Source: Paramoeba atlantica
Taxonomy: Eukaryota > Protista > Discosea
DNA length: 57,072 nucleotides
Assembly: GCA_977017575.1 (NCBI GenBank)
Contig: CDRNVI010000211.1
Coordinates: 1 to 57,072, forward strand
Direction of reading: 5' to 3'
Shown here piece by piece: positions 34,688-46,806 of the stretch. Under the pieces are notes generated by a model. The model did no database searches. It saw nothing but the letters and a program-made list of their open reading frames with translations, and was not told where the DNA came from. Within the stretch, counting starts at the first letter, position 1, and every line of letters starts with the position of its first letter. The position numbers were made by a program, and so were the translations under genes.

Positions 34688-37063
34688 ATGAGTGCAAATG
34701 TTTTTGTCCGCAGCTGCGTTCCTTGTCTTGTGGCAAAGACGAACTTGTCATGCAAAGCTGCACACGCTTTACTTCGTAACTATGAAGAATTACGCCCTAA
34801 GAGAGCAAATACTGAAGAAATTCTCCATGCACTTGGCAACAATCACAGGGTCATGCGTGATTGCGAGAAGGATTTGGCCAACGAAATATGGGAAACAATG
34901 ATTTCAAAAATCGATATTCATCCTTTCTTCGGGGTAGCTGTGAATGCTGGGGTTGACGAGCACGTATTAGTAGGGGTAGTGTACACCCTTGTACAGCTTC
35001 ACTTACCCCCCCCTACAGGTCTTGTATTTTGTTCGACTTTGGAAATGCAAACATTTCCATTTGGTATGGGACTGTTTTTTGATCCAATCGTCTCGAATCC
35101 GCTGTCCTTTTCACTTGAGCGACCTTTTTTTCCTCCGAGACCTTAAAACTTCTGTCGAAAAACCCGATTTTGTTTTGCCCACCCAAAAAAAAACTTTATT
35201 TTCAGTTTTTTCCTTAATGGCCAAGAGGTAACTGGCTTCCTCTTCTCCCAAATCCACCGGAAAGTCGAACCCTGATCATAGCACGGTACTAGGAACTATG
35301 ATCCTTGCATGCTTTAGCTAAAAAGAATAGACACGAAATACAAGACGCTATGCTTCAAACATCCGACCATTTCACAGTACAACATGTTGACGAGCTAAGA
35401 AGTCCATTCAAAAACTATCGCAAACTACTTCAATTTGTGATAAAAAAGAAAGGTTGTCATATTGGATATTGAATACGTATCTAGTGTCATTTTTGCGTTA
35501 TCTAAGCATGATTTAGCAATATCTATTACCACCTATGTACCATCCGAAGCGCAAAGCATTCAACAGCAAAGAAACAGCTGAGAGTTTGGTTAATACATTG
35601 AATTCTATTCTCGGCATTACTCTGGTACGAAAATTGAGATTTTTAATGGTGGATGGCTGTGCCGTTAACTGCGTGGCCCGTGATGAGGCAGAAGAATAAA
35701 AAAGAATATATGATCACGTTCAAAGAATTGGGGAGTCAGACTGGATAAACTTCGGAAACCGGGCCGTGGACATGATGCCACACGTCTCCTTACTATCTTG
35801 CTTTCGTCATTTTCTCAATAACCTCGCGATGGATGCGGTGAAACCCTTTCAGGAAACACCCCTTTTTGAACTTAAAAAACTCTTCAGACAAACTTTTTAT
35901 GGACAAGATCTGTATGAAGAAGGGGCGGTATCGTGGTGTGGCCCTAGACGTTCTTCTTGGATCTTTCGACGAAGAAACTAACAAAGCGGAACAATTTTTC
36001 ACTCAATGGTATGGGGGGCTGTCTAGCAATAAACTGGACGATGAATATCATACAGAGCTGGTGTGTCAGCTTCGTAGCAGCGTACAGATTTTGAAACAGT
36101 ATGCTCCCGATGAAGTTGATCTAATTTTGGCGGAACTGAACGCTCAGCATGAAAATATTCCTCGGTGTCGTGACGCACTTTCATTGTATGGACCTCAAGT
36201 AATTGAAGCTGCTCGTAGAGCAAAGGATGTACACGGCACTACGGCTCCTAAGTTAGGAGGAGTTACTCGCTGGTGTCATGATAAGTTCAGCAGCATTTCC
36301 TTCTTTTCTACTCAGTTACCTACTGTTGTCGCGTTCCTCAAGCAAGAACTGAAAAACCCCCGAGTCTGTCAGTCTGTACGTAAGTGTATGGATCGTATTG
36401 CTCGGGGAGGGGTAGATAACCTTGCGACTTCCGCAAAATATTTTCTTGAAGAACTAGCTCCTATCCAGAAAGCGTTACAGAAATTTTTGGATTTAGACGG
36501 TACGCCTTTAGCAACGGGAGTTTGGCCAACTTTAGAAAGATTACGGAAGGCTAGTCGGGGGGAAGCTGCAGTGAAGCTTTTGAATGTGCCCTCAAGCATC
36601 ACATAGATCGACTTTCAGTTCATCACAATATGAAATATTGGAAGACGTCATGTGGTTTGCACCGGATTTCATTGCACTACGCGCCCGGAAAGCCGATCTC
36701 AAACCAATTGATTTCAGTCGTGCTAATGACCTTTTTCGAGGCGGTTCTCCCATTTTTCAAATTACGAAAAATAAATGGAGTGAATATGTGAATTGCGTCG
36801 ACTACGAATGGGATTCGCGAGTGCACAAGTGCGAATTGCATTGGTGGCAAACAGTTGGAGTCTACAAATACCCAGGGATACACCAAGCGGCGATACATTA
36901 TTTATGGGTACCCCCTTTAGTAACGAAATGTGATTCCTGGATGTCGGTTATGAACACCAAGTACAACTCCCGTCAATCATCCATGGGCACTCAAACAGTA
37001 CAAAACTCTATGCTGTTACGGGGGAACTACGACAAACTCGGGTATCTTGACAATTTGGAATAG
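34688..37063 (+). pseudogene. hAT transposase, interrupted and frameshifted
   Basis: FFGVAVNAGVD, KETAESLV...FLMVDGCAVN, SCFRHFLNN (CxxH), GVTRW and LAPIQKA. The dimerisation domain WWQTVGVYKYPGIHQAAIHYLWVPP...CDSWMS is present. Split by a Tc1 derivative at 34984. Confidence 0.85.
34984..35515 (+). mobile_element. Second copy of the 6811 Tc1 derivative, nested in hAT, right TIR missing
   Basis: TA-CACCCTTGTACAGCTTCACTTACCCCCCC terminus. Ends with KKKGCHIGY homology. The internal deletion breakpoint differs from the 6811 copy. Confidence 0.85.
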
Positions 37064-37194
37064 TTAGGATCCGCGGGAAATGGGGATTCGGGGGAACTTC
37101 TTTCAAGCTTCCGAATTACTCAATAAATAGGCTGCTGATGCGAGTCTGCTTTTCTTCTGATACATCATAAATTTTAGGCTCTGGCGCCCGCACA

Positions 37195-37970
37195 TTAATA
37201 ATGCATACTCAGCGGCACATTGATAATGCATATAGCACATTGATATTGCATATAGCACATTGATATTGCATATAGCACATTGATAATGCATATCGCGCGA
37301 CCCCCGCTAAATAGGGGGGGAAGATGGTAGTTGTGGGGTATGGAGGCCTTCACGCAACTCCGGGGCCTCACCGGGAGCAAAGGTGAATTTATTGGGTACC
37401 TCGGCCAAGCATCTTTACGTTCCATTTACGGTTCTGTTGTGCAGACGGGTAAACAAGATCTAGGTTTCGTTTTTGGGTGTCACACTTTCACGTCACTCAG
37501 TGGCCCGGCCGGCCCCTCCGTGCGTTCGGCCTCTCATATTCCCCAAAACAACTACCACCTTCCCCCCATTTATCACGGGTCGCTCGCGCGACCCCCGCTA
37601 AATAGGGGGGGAAGGTGGTAGTTGTGGGGTATGGAGGCCTCTCGCAATTCCGGGGCCTCACCGGGAGCAGAGACGAGTGTTCACTATTTCTTGAAAACAC
37701 CTTTAATTTCCAAATAATGCATCATCAATGTGCTGTATGCATTATCAATGTGCTATATGCATTATCAATATGCTATATGCATTATCAATGTGCTATATGC
37801 ATTATCAATGTGCAGTAACTATGCAATATCAATGTGCCGCTTAGTATGCACTATCAATGTGCTATATGCAATATCAATGGGCTATATGCATTATCAATGT
37901 GCTATATGCATTATCGATGTGCGGCACGTTATGCATTATCAATGTGCAGTAACTATGCATTATCAATGTG
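37195..37970. repeat. Inverted pair of 20-bp ATGCATTATCAATGTGCTAT arrays around a duplicated GC module
   Basis: A reverse-orientation array at 37195-37295 and a forward array at 37717-37970. gcgcgacccccgctaaatagggggg occurs twice in between. Confidence 0.9.
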
Positions 37971-37976
37971 CGAGTG

Positions 37977-38798
37977 GGTTTTCGTTAAACGCGGTGGTTG
38001 TTTTCAACTTAGAAGTCACACATGCTGCGCGCTTCGCGTATGAAACTACCACCTCGTTTAACGAAGAGCCTAAAAAAGGAAATTTGGCCTGGAAAGCTGA
38101 ACGGAAACATTCTAGACAAAAATAGCCGATTTGCGGGTAAAAATTTGCGGGATGACTTTTTAGTATTTTTGCTCTCAGAGCACTAAATCCGACATTTTAA
38201 TTGAACGTATTGGGTAGAGAATGCGACTCCAACCACACCATTCTTTCGACACAAAAAGGCCCCTTGGGGTCCGAAAAATATTTTTTCACCCTTTTTAGTC
38301 AAAAATGGGCCATTTTCGCGGGCATACCACGGCTCGAAGAAGAGATACCTTGCGAAAACAACTGCCCAGAAAGCTAGTATAGGCCCCAAACTATCGAAAT
38401 ACAATAGGGGAAACGATTTTGGAAAAATATTTTTTTTGTAATTTTTTTCGCTAAGTTGAAATTTTTTTCAATTTTTTTTTCCGAAAAAAATTGAACTTGG
38501 CGGACCCGTCCTGCGGATACGAGGGTGGGTCACCCCCGGGTAGCGGGGTGGAAAATACGCGCCAAGACCCCGGCTACCCCTTCTGCGGGTTTGTTTCGAA
38601 AACTAATTTTTTCAAAAAAAATTCGTGCGGTATGCCCCCCCTAGACCCCCCATTTTTTTCAATTTTGGACCACCGGAGCCCCCGTTTATAATTTTTTCTT
38701 CTACTATATTACTGTGTTCCTCTTTATATTTTCACTGTTTTTGTTCACTTTGTTTTCAATAATCGAGGGTAGAGCGGTAGTTTTACAACCACCGCAAT
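37977..38798 (+). mobile_element. Composite element T: hairpin H, ~700-bp body, hairpin terminus
   Basis: Colinear with 55817-56705. Ends ACCGCAAT. Confidence 0.8.
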
Positions 38799-39550
38799 TC
38801 ATAACCCATTATAATATTGTTGTATTGATTTATAATTATTTATAATGTATGGATGTTTAATGTATTGTTTGGAGAATGTTTTACTACTACTATTACTAAT
38901 AACATCTACTCTGATATTTAAACTGATATGTTCTGGGGTTTTTTCCATGTTTTGTCTCATACTTCAGGTCCATTAAGGATAAACTTTCCCCACACTTAAA
39001 TTTTACTCGTATTATTGCAACGCGAGATATTTTGTGTTTACCTATACAGCAACAGTAAACGCCACAAGCTTATACTATGACAATGACTAGTACAGTCAGA
39101 ATTTTCCGTATCTTTATTTTATTAAACTTCATTAATTGCGTTTCTGAACATGTTTCAATTAAAAGTTGACGCATTTAACACGGTTAGAACTTCCTAGCGG
39201 TCTGACGGACAACCTGGCGACAGCCACACGTTGCTACTTTCTTATTCTCTAATAGTCATCTATTCGTCCGAATACCATAGGGTTGTAGATGTATGCTTGG
39301 CAAGGCTTAAGTCTGAGTCTTTGTCGGGTTTATTTCGTGTGAGGTACGAAGAACGTCCTCGCGCAACGCTGCCGTTCACCCCCTTTTCTTCCACTGGTGT
39401 AGTTCTTTGCGCAGTGGAGGTTTGTAACCCCAGAAAAGCGAAACGAAGAATTGCTTCCCATCGCCCGCGCAAGCCCTGGACGTTGCGTGGCAGCGTGTCC
39501 AACGAGATTCGGAGAACCCGATAGGTTCTGCTGTGAAGGAAAGTACTACC

Positions 39551-40010
39551 GTAGGAACACTTAACGTGACAACGCTCAAACTTGAGGGGTAAGACGAGTT
39601 TTCTATCCGACGATGCAGATGCTTTTGTGAAATTCTCTCCTTTATGGTAGAAAAGGGGATTGACGTATTGTGCCTCCAGGAGACCAGATTTAAGTTTTCT
39701 GATGATACTTGTGAGGACGGCGTGCTATACAGAAAAGTTGAGAACCTAGGATGCACGTTCCGTATATACTTGCAGTCAGCGATATATGCACCTGCAGTCA
39801 GCGACCGGGGGGATTCATATAGTGGCACGGGAATTGTTAGTCGTCGAGTTCTTTCGCGGGTGCGGAAGGTAAGTGATAGAATCATGTCAGCTGGGTATCA
39901 TCTCAATGATGGGAAGGGTACTCTTTTAAATGTCTATGCTCCCATTAGGGACTCCTCTGAAGCCGACCATGCGCAGTATTCGCGACACATCCGCAGTACT
40001 CGTTCGAAAA
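39551..40010 (+). pseudogene. APE-type endonuclease of a non-LTR retrotransposon (5' fragment)
   Basis: VGTLNV, IDVLCLQET, SGTGIV and LLNVYAP motifs. In-frame stop near 39590. No RT follows. Confidence 0.85.
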
Positions 40011-41934
40011 GGTTAACCAGGGGGAGATACACCTGGTTTTGCTTCATCTTCCTGCAATGTATCTAACGCTGCAGTTTCCATCAACATCTTTAGTAAAAAT
40101 GATCTGTTTATATGTTTTGTTCGACATAATTTTTTTTCTTCACTGTCAACTTGCTGTCTATTTGGTGTCTTTTTACTTTCGGATATCCTCGTATGTATTT
40201 CACAGAAATAATATTTCTGTGAAAAAAAACCTCAATATTTAATATTGAGGTTTCATGTCTGTTGATTGTTCGGGATACCGTCCTCGAAAATTTGGCATAA
40301 TAATAATATTTTCCCCATGGTGTCATCCCTCCCCTGGATGGACGGTACTTGGATTTTACCATAATTTTACAGAAAACTGTTCTCAAAAATTCTTTTCTCA
40401 AACAAATTTTTTCAAATTGTTAAAGCACAGCTAAAAACCCCAGGAATGCACAGATCTCAAAATTGTGAACGAAAAAGTGGTGCTGCAACCCCGCGCGCGA
40501 AAAACAAGGGGGGAGGGGCTGTCTTATTCTTGTGGAGGGGTTTAATATCAAAATTGCTAGCTTAATATCGAACCTTGATTTTGATATTGGAGTGACCCCC
40601 GGTTTACATGAATTGTCCACAGCAAAGAGGTCATGAAAACTCGTTCGGTTCTCATGTGGTAAATAACCTGTACCGTATTCGGTTCAGTGTGAAGATGTCG
40701 TCACTCGTATGACAGTTTGCGAAAGTTGGGTGCCAAAGGCTCCAGAAGCAACTACAGTTTCAGTATGATTTGTGTGCCATTCTCTTCATCTTATACTCTT
40801 GATTTTATTTTCTTATATACAACATTCTTGTATGTTGTCTTGATTTAATGTTCCCTAAGCGTTTTAGGTCCACAGCTCCATTTTTGGCTAACTGTTTCTT
40901 TCGTCTTCTTATCTGGGATTTTCTATGGTTTTACCCAGTGTCAATCCAAGTGATGAAAACTTTTTATCAGGTCTTAGATTTACGAACGCCTACTTGTCTG
41001 ACGGGACACAATTTTCTGCCTATTGAATTGAATGACTAAACATGTATTTCATCTTAAGATTTCTCGTGTCAATGATATAGAAGCATTAATTTAATTGAAT
41101 TTTTAATACATGTATGCTTTCTGAAATGTTTCGGAAAAGAAAGACAGTAAGCGCATCCCCACCACCACATCCCATACCACATCCCACAGCATCCTTGGCT
41201 TCTCCTCTTAACCCCCCCTCCTAGTGTTGCTTTTACCAAAGCCAGGCAACGCTGAGAGACAATTCTTCATTCAGAGGGAAAAATCGTTGCAAAGTACTAC
41301 AGATGCAACTATTTTAATGTTACAAGGCCGCGGGTGTGATATCAGGGCCAATGCCTCATGAACGAAATAGCTGCGTATTGGCCAAAAGCATGAACGAATA
41401 GCGGCATTATTCGACATGCAACCGGCAAATTACACGCCCTATTCCTTCATTAGCGTGCACGCGGGCAACCCGCACGATCTTTGAAGGAGGCTAAAATTTC
41501 AGGACGCACGGCTCGTGCTTGCGTGATACAATTGAGCATTTTAATGATTATATTATAAATTTATTATAATTATAATATAAATTTATATTGATTATTGATT
41601 ATTATTGATCCACACAACTGTATGCGATACCGCGTGCTCTAGTCGTGCTCGAGTAGCTAAGTTCTTCCGCCCTATGTGCTAGGCGGAGTGCCATTGCCTT
41701 TGCACTGGGAAAAGGAAATTTAGAGGATATCGAGATTGTACGTTTGCAACATGACTACAATTCCATGTAGCGTGCATTTGTAGCCAAAGTAAGTAAGGAA
41801 TAAAAAGTAAGTAAAGGAATATTGCATAGTTTAAGAATCATAAAAGTCAAGCTTTGGTATTTTCCGTCCTGCTTCTGGCACAGTATCTAATAATATTTGG
41901 ATCGTTCTACGGTGTTGCAAGTGTAATGGTGGCA

Positions 41935-42720
41935 TCTTGTATCATGAGAACACGAAGCTCGTGGGAAAGTAGATACGCTCGTATCTCGCCTTGCAGATTT
42001 ACGTTGTTCGACAAATCTAGCTCATTCAAAGTACATACATGTAGAATGCTGCTCATGTCAAAATCTCACAAAAAATTGTTCTTGAAAAGGTGAGGACAGG
42101 TTCGGCTTTGGAGATGACTTAAACAAAGTTCTCCTGCTAACTGATTACAGTCAAGACAGAAATATTTCTCCCCTGACGGATAGGTACATTCGGAAACACA
42201 AATTTCGCCTGTAAATCGGTTAGCGCAGAGGTCCAGATTTTGCAAATTCGGAGGGAGATTCATCAAGCACAATGATCCACTATATTCATTCTTTTTTGTC
42301 TGTTCATACAGACAGACGCCTGCAGAGATATACGCCTGACTATACGACGACCGTTCTCAACGGCCATTGCGGCGCCTTCAACGCCGGTCGTACGCAGGGA
42401 TTCGGCCTATACAGGATTTCCACTGCGGGGGGCGTCGTTGAGAGTCTGCAAGAAACCTTTCGGCTACGCAGCGTCGTTGAGAGGCTCTCCCCGGCGTTCA
42501 TCCAGCCGGAGCATTCGAAGGATTCGGCGCGTCTGACGCGCTGCACAGGTGTGGGAAGCGGCCGGCCCCTCTTCAACGGAAAGATGAGTTTCCGGTCCTG
42601 GCGTCAACCGGAAAAGGACATACATAAGAGGTTAAGAGTATGTCCGCTTCCGGGAAAAGAAAAGATGAGCTAGAGAAATCTTGTGGGAGATTCATCGCAC
42701 TCACTCTACCTAAATCTTTG
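41935..42720 (-). pseudogene. LRR subfamily C relic, split by a GC-rich insert
   Basis: LPPNLQNLDLCANRFTGEIC...LDLSNNVNLQGE at 41935-42272. An N-terminal remnant at ~42680-42720 resembles 43655-43686. Confidence 0.75.
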
Positions 42721-43054
42721 TGCCTTCAATGCCATACAAAAAACTCTTCAATTCTAGAGCAGCCTTGTTTCTCTGCAAGAGATCTTTTGATGCTGTCCCC
42801 GGTTGGACATTTATAAAAACGGGATATTTTTAGGAAAATGCCCATTTTTGAAGATCACGAGAAGGTATCCTTACCATGAAAATTACTTTACAACGTAGTA
42901 TTCTCGAAACCTCATTAAAAGGGCTTAAAGCATCTTAAAATGACATAAAAAGCTTCCAATGTTCAAAAAAAAAGATATTTATTTAAAAAAAACACCGCAC
43001 TTTCACCGGCTTTGAACCCAATTATTTATACGTCTTTCATACGGTCTCACAAGA

Positions 43055-43741
43055 CTACGGTCCTATACGTGTAATACTCGTATTTCTAACCGTGAGATGA
43101 AATCCATCCATCTCTCGAAGCAGACGCCTTTCTACCTCGCCATGCAGATTTACGTTGCTTGACAAATCGAGCAGGTATAATGAGATTGGAAGATTACATA
43201 AGCACACTTTTCCTGATAACTGATTGCAGTCAAGAAAGAGATATTTCAACCCCGAAGGCAATTTATCTAAGCAAATTTCACCTGTAAATCGGTTACCGGA
43301 GGCGACCAGCTTTTTGAAAATCGGAGGGAGAGCTGTCAAGTCCAATGGTCCACTAAGATTATTGTTCCGAAGATTCATAGATTTTAACCTGTAGGGCAAA
43401 GTGTTCAGTGGAACTTCGCCCGAAAGTTTAGTAAGAAAAACATCAAACTTGCGTAATGTCTTTGGGAGATAAACAAAACTCAACGACCCAGTGAGTTGTT
43501 GGTATGACTTCCCTGAATAAACGTTCCACTTTATAGACTTAATCTCACTCGCTACATCACAATCCACGCCGTCCCACTCGCAAGCAGGGGTTGACGTATT
43601 CCACGAGGGATGTGGATTTTCAATATTCTGTACGAGTTGTGCAAGTTCGTATTCTTGTGGGAGATTCGCCTTGCTGACTCTACCTGCTCTTCGTGTTGCG
43701 TGGGATTCTGTAATATCCGCAGCGGAAACGTTACAAAGCAT
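43055..43741 (-). CDS. LRR protein subfamily C, copy C2
   Basis: The track start at 43798 is GTG. The ATG at 43741 (MLCNVSAADITE) aligns with the C1 and C3 starts. Intact cap and LRRs. Confidence 0.88.
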   Translation of the reverse strand: MLCNVSAADITESHATRRAGRVSKANLPQEYELAQLVQNIENPHPSWNTSTPACEWDGVDCDVASEIKSIKWNVYSGKSYQQLTGSLSFVYLPKTLRKFDVFLTKLSGEVPLNTLPYRLKSMNLRNNNLSGPLDLTALPPIFKKLVASGNRFTGEICLDKLPSGLKYLFLDCNQLSGKVCLCNLPISLYLLDLSSNVNLHGEVERRLLREMDGFHLTVRNTSITRIGP

Positions 43742-43944
43742 AAAATAACCAATGCAGAATAATGTGTATAAAATTTTGAATAAATTGCATGACACCACAA
43801 TACCGGTGGTATCTCCTAGTTACATATTACGAGTAAAAATATATGGTTAATGGATACTTATATTGCACCCCAAAAAGCATGTTTTCGTCTTTGACATTTG
43901 TTTCCCAAAAAAATCATTTTTCTTCTCAGAAATCATAATAACTA

Positions 43945-44420
43945 CATGCCTTACACGTGTTCGTGTTCCAATATGGGCTGTGTGCTTCGAAGGAAATACG
44001 ACGGTGATATTCCCGAAGACTTTGTGGCGTTTTTGGTTTCGCACGGCATAAAACGCCAAGCATTGCGTTCTACGCATAAAGGATGCGGTACTCCACACAA
44101 ACGAAATCCAACATTGAACATCTGCTGGCGTAAGCATGGATTATTCAAGTGTAGGAAACGCCTCACAAGACTTGCGCCTTCCTTTTCTCCCAAAAGGTTA
44201 TGTTCTGGATCAAGCTGTGCCAAAGGGTGGAAATGTCCAGCGCAGCTTCGCAGTGCAAAGTGACCAGGCGTACAGCTTTTTTATGGAAGCGTCAGCTTTT
44301 AGGGTGGGTTCACAATGCAGTTTTAAAGCAAAACGACGAAATCAAATTTTCGAAGTGCGCTGCCGACGAAACCTATCTATTTCCACGAAAATATCATCGT
44401 GGATGACCAGCGCGAAAAAG
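43945..44420 (+). pseudogene. Merlin/IS1016-like transposase N-terminal fragment
   Basis: Cys-rich start, FWIKL..VEMSSAASQCKVTRRTAFLW (HTH) and ADETYLFPRKYHRG, matching the Merlin IDES.F.KRKY.RG pattern. Confidence 0.75.
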
Positions 44421-44479
44421 GGCCTTTTATATGGCCACGATTACCATTGGTCCCCCAGGGAGCAATGCGCAGTTGCAAA

Positions 44480-44729
44480 AAATTATCACCTGGGAGAACT
44501 CAAGCCTTTCGCTCTTGTGCCGAGAAGTGCGATTGGGCACTCTTGGGGCACCTCGTTGCACAATACCTTCTTCCTTTAGGGCTCTAATAAAGGCTCTTCG
44601 GCTGCACTGTGAGCCGGTTTGTTTTAAAACTTTTAAAACCAAAGGGTACATGAAGGGCAATGTAAGGGAAGTGTTGCGTTTAGATGATCCATTAGCCAGT
44701 TTCCTCTTTTTTCCCAACTTTTTTGACAA
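44480..44729 (-). pseudogene. Tc1 transposase middle fragment
   Basis: CSRRAFIRALKEEGIVQRGAPRVP...HKSERLEF is homologous to 31020-31140. Confidence 0.7.
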
Positions 44730-45133
44730 TTGTTTCTATTTTTTTTTTCTGAAAACGTGTTAAAACGCTTCCTTGGGTTACCCCCGAGGTCCCGGACATG
44801 CATACACCCACCCCCTACCCCCTGTACGCCTCCTGTTGGGCTCCCAAGCCAAATCTCTCTTACCGGGGGTCAGCCCAAAAAGGGCCAAATCTCTCTTACT
44901 GGGGGGGTATACGGTATTTCGAAAATCGACTCCTAAAACGGATTTTATGAGGTTTGGGCCTCAGCTACCATTCTACGACGTTTTTTTCGACAGATTCGAC
45001 TCCTGCCCCTACTGGTAAGGCATCAAAAACGGCCCAAATTCGGGTTGAAATTTCGCGGCTGAAATTTCGCCGAAAAATCCAGCTTTTTCACCCAAAAAAA
45101 TAGATTCTTCATGATCTTTTTCCAATTTTTATG

Positions 45134-45654
45134 TTATAGAGTCAGGGCATCCGGCTTATGTCGGATGATGGGACTTAGTGATCCCAGCTTCCCGAGCTAA
45201 CTCACCCGGTGTCGTAAAGCAAGACGCTAAACAACTAGGGTGAGATTGCTTTCATGGAAACTGGAAATGGCAATTCCAGCACCCGGCGCCAACAAATCAA
45301 GGCGCCAAATAACTAGGGTATGAGGAATGCCGCGGAAAGAGTCTGCCCGGCACCAACAAATCAAGGTGCTAAATAACTAGGACAGAATTCTTTATCCCGC
45401 GTATGGGGTTACCCGGTGTTAGCAAAACGAAACACTAGGAAACTAGGGTAAATACCCATACGCACCAACTAATAATCATTGGATGCTTGCCGTTGTGCAG
45501 TCTGTAATGCCCACAGCCTAAAAACTGTGACGCATGGCAAAAGCTATGATTTTCATTGCCTGGCGCGCGCCGCTAAAAGCAGTTAATATTGGATAGTGCC
45601 CGGCTATCTCCGGGAAGGTACGTCCCTACGGGAAAAATGTCTTTTCCAATCAAT
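45134..45654 (+). mobile_element. 5'-truncated 3' end of an R2-like (RLE) non-LTR element, copy 1
   Basis: Homologous to 52325-52854. The ORF stop at 45198-45200 is followed by four structured modules. The CAAT tail is split by a TIR element and resumes at 46665-46680. Confidence 0.6.
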
Positions 45655-46664
45655 GGGCGGTAGGGACAAATATTTGACGAAAATTTGATTTTTTTCGAAA
45701 TTTCTCACAATAATTTTTTAAACGTTTTCAAATCATTTTCGTATTCATGCAGCCATTTTCAGCGTCTCTGAGTGCATAATTTTATTAACTTGTTGCACCA
45801 TACTTCTTTAGTAACATGGCATAGTAATTCACTCTATCGAAACTTTTCCCATGGGTAGATCACCCAGAAATCCAACACTCTGGTCGAGAGTGCAATAAGT
45901 CAGCGCGGCGAGACGTTCATGTCGGCGCTTGAGCTCCCCTGACGATTACTTGGGAATGATCGGTTACTTTGTTTCTTCCCGGCGATCTGAAGGAAGTTTC
46001 GACGCTTTGATCCACATGAAATCAACATTTTCTTACCTGACAAACGCAGATGACTATCGCAGGACGGCAAATGCGTTTCTGAGTGAATGAAGGGCACCGG
46101 GTCGCCCCGGCTGGCCGCTGGCTCCCTCAGGATGTTCCCCCTTTGGGAAGTTGCCACCCTCCTTCAAGGGTGACACAATAGGCCCTTCACAGACGTTTGG
46201 GGGTGCGAGGTCCGAACGCCTCTACCAGTTTCTGCCGACGTGTTTAACGTTGTTTAACGACCACATCGGGTACGGGAGTTGGTTCCATGCGGGGGGGAGG
46301 GGGTCCGAGTCGGTCCCCCAGACCTCAGACCTATTCGGAGGGTCTGTGTGGATTCGGAGCAGCTGTGTGAATCACTAATCATTGTTCTTGCTGACTGGTC
46401 GAATTTCTCGGAGTGTTAGACCGCCCACTATTACCGTAAGTCCCGTAAGAGACATTGGGCCCCAGTAAACGAGATTTGGTTCGAGGGGCTGGATGGGGGA
46501 TCGTGGCTGGGATGGGTGACGGTAGCTGGGCGGGCGGTGATGTCTCTTTTAAACGCTTAAAATGGTTGTATGAACCTGCAAATGCCATAAAAACATTTAA
46601 AAGGACTTTTGAATCATTTTCGAAAAAAAACAATTTTTCGTCAAATATTTGTCCCTACCGTCCC
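45655..46664. mobile_element. Non-autonomous TIR element (1010 bp) inserted in the (CAAT)n tail
   Basis: ~46-bp TIRs GGG(A)CGGTAGGGACAAATATTTGACGAAAA. CAATCAAT on both sides, so the TSD is 4 or 8 bp (ambiguous inside the microsatellite). No transposase. Confidence 0.85.
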
Positions 46665-46681
46665 CAATCAATCAATCAATT

Positions 46682-46806
46682 AATTTTTCTTTTTTGGGCT
46701 CTTCGTTAAACGCGGTGGTAGTTTTCAACGCAAAGCTCGCAGCATAAGTGACTTCTAAGTTGAAAACAACCACCGCGTTTAATGAAGAGCCAAAAAAAGA
46801 AAAATT
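46682..46806 (-). repeat. Palindromic hairpin H, copy 3
   Basis: Arms ttttgggctcttcgttaaacgcggtggtagttttcaac and gttgaaaacaaccaccgcgtttaatgaagagccaaaa. Confidence 0.85.

Noticed and set aside
45201-45451. Resemblance of the AAAYAACUA bulge to the preQ1-I riboswitch tail
   Set aside because: The loop lacks the complementary UUCUAG-type sequence for the pseudoknot, and the module is closed by an outer stem.
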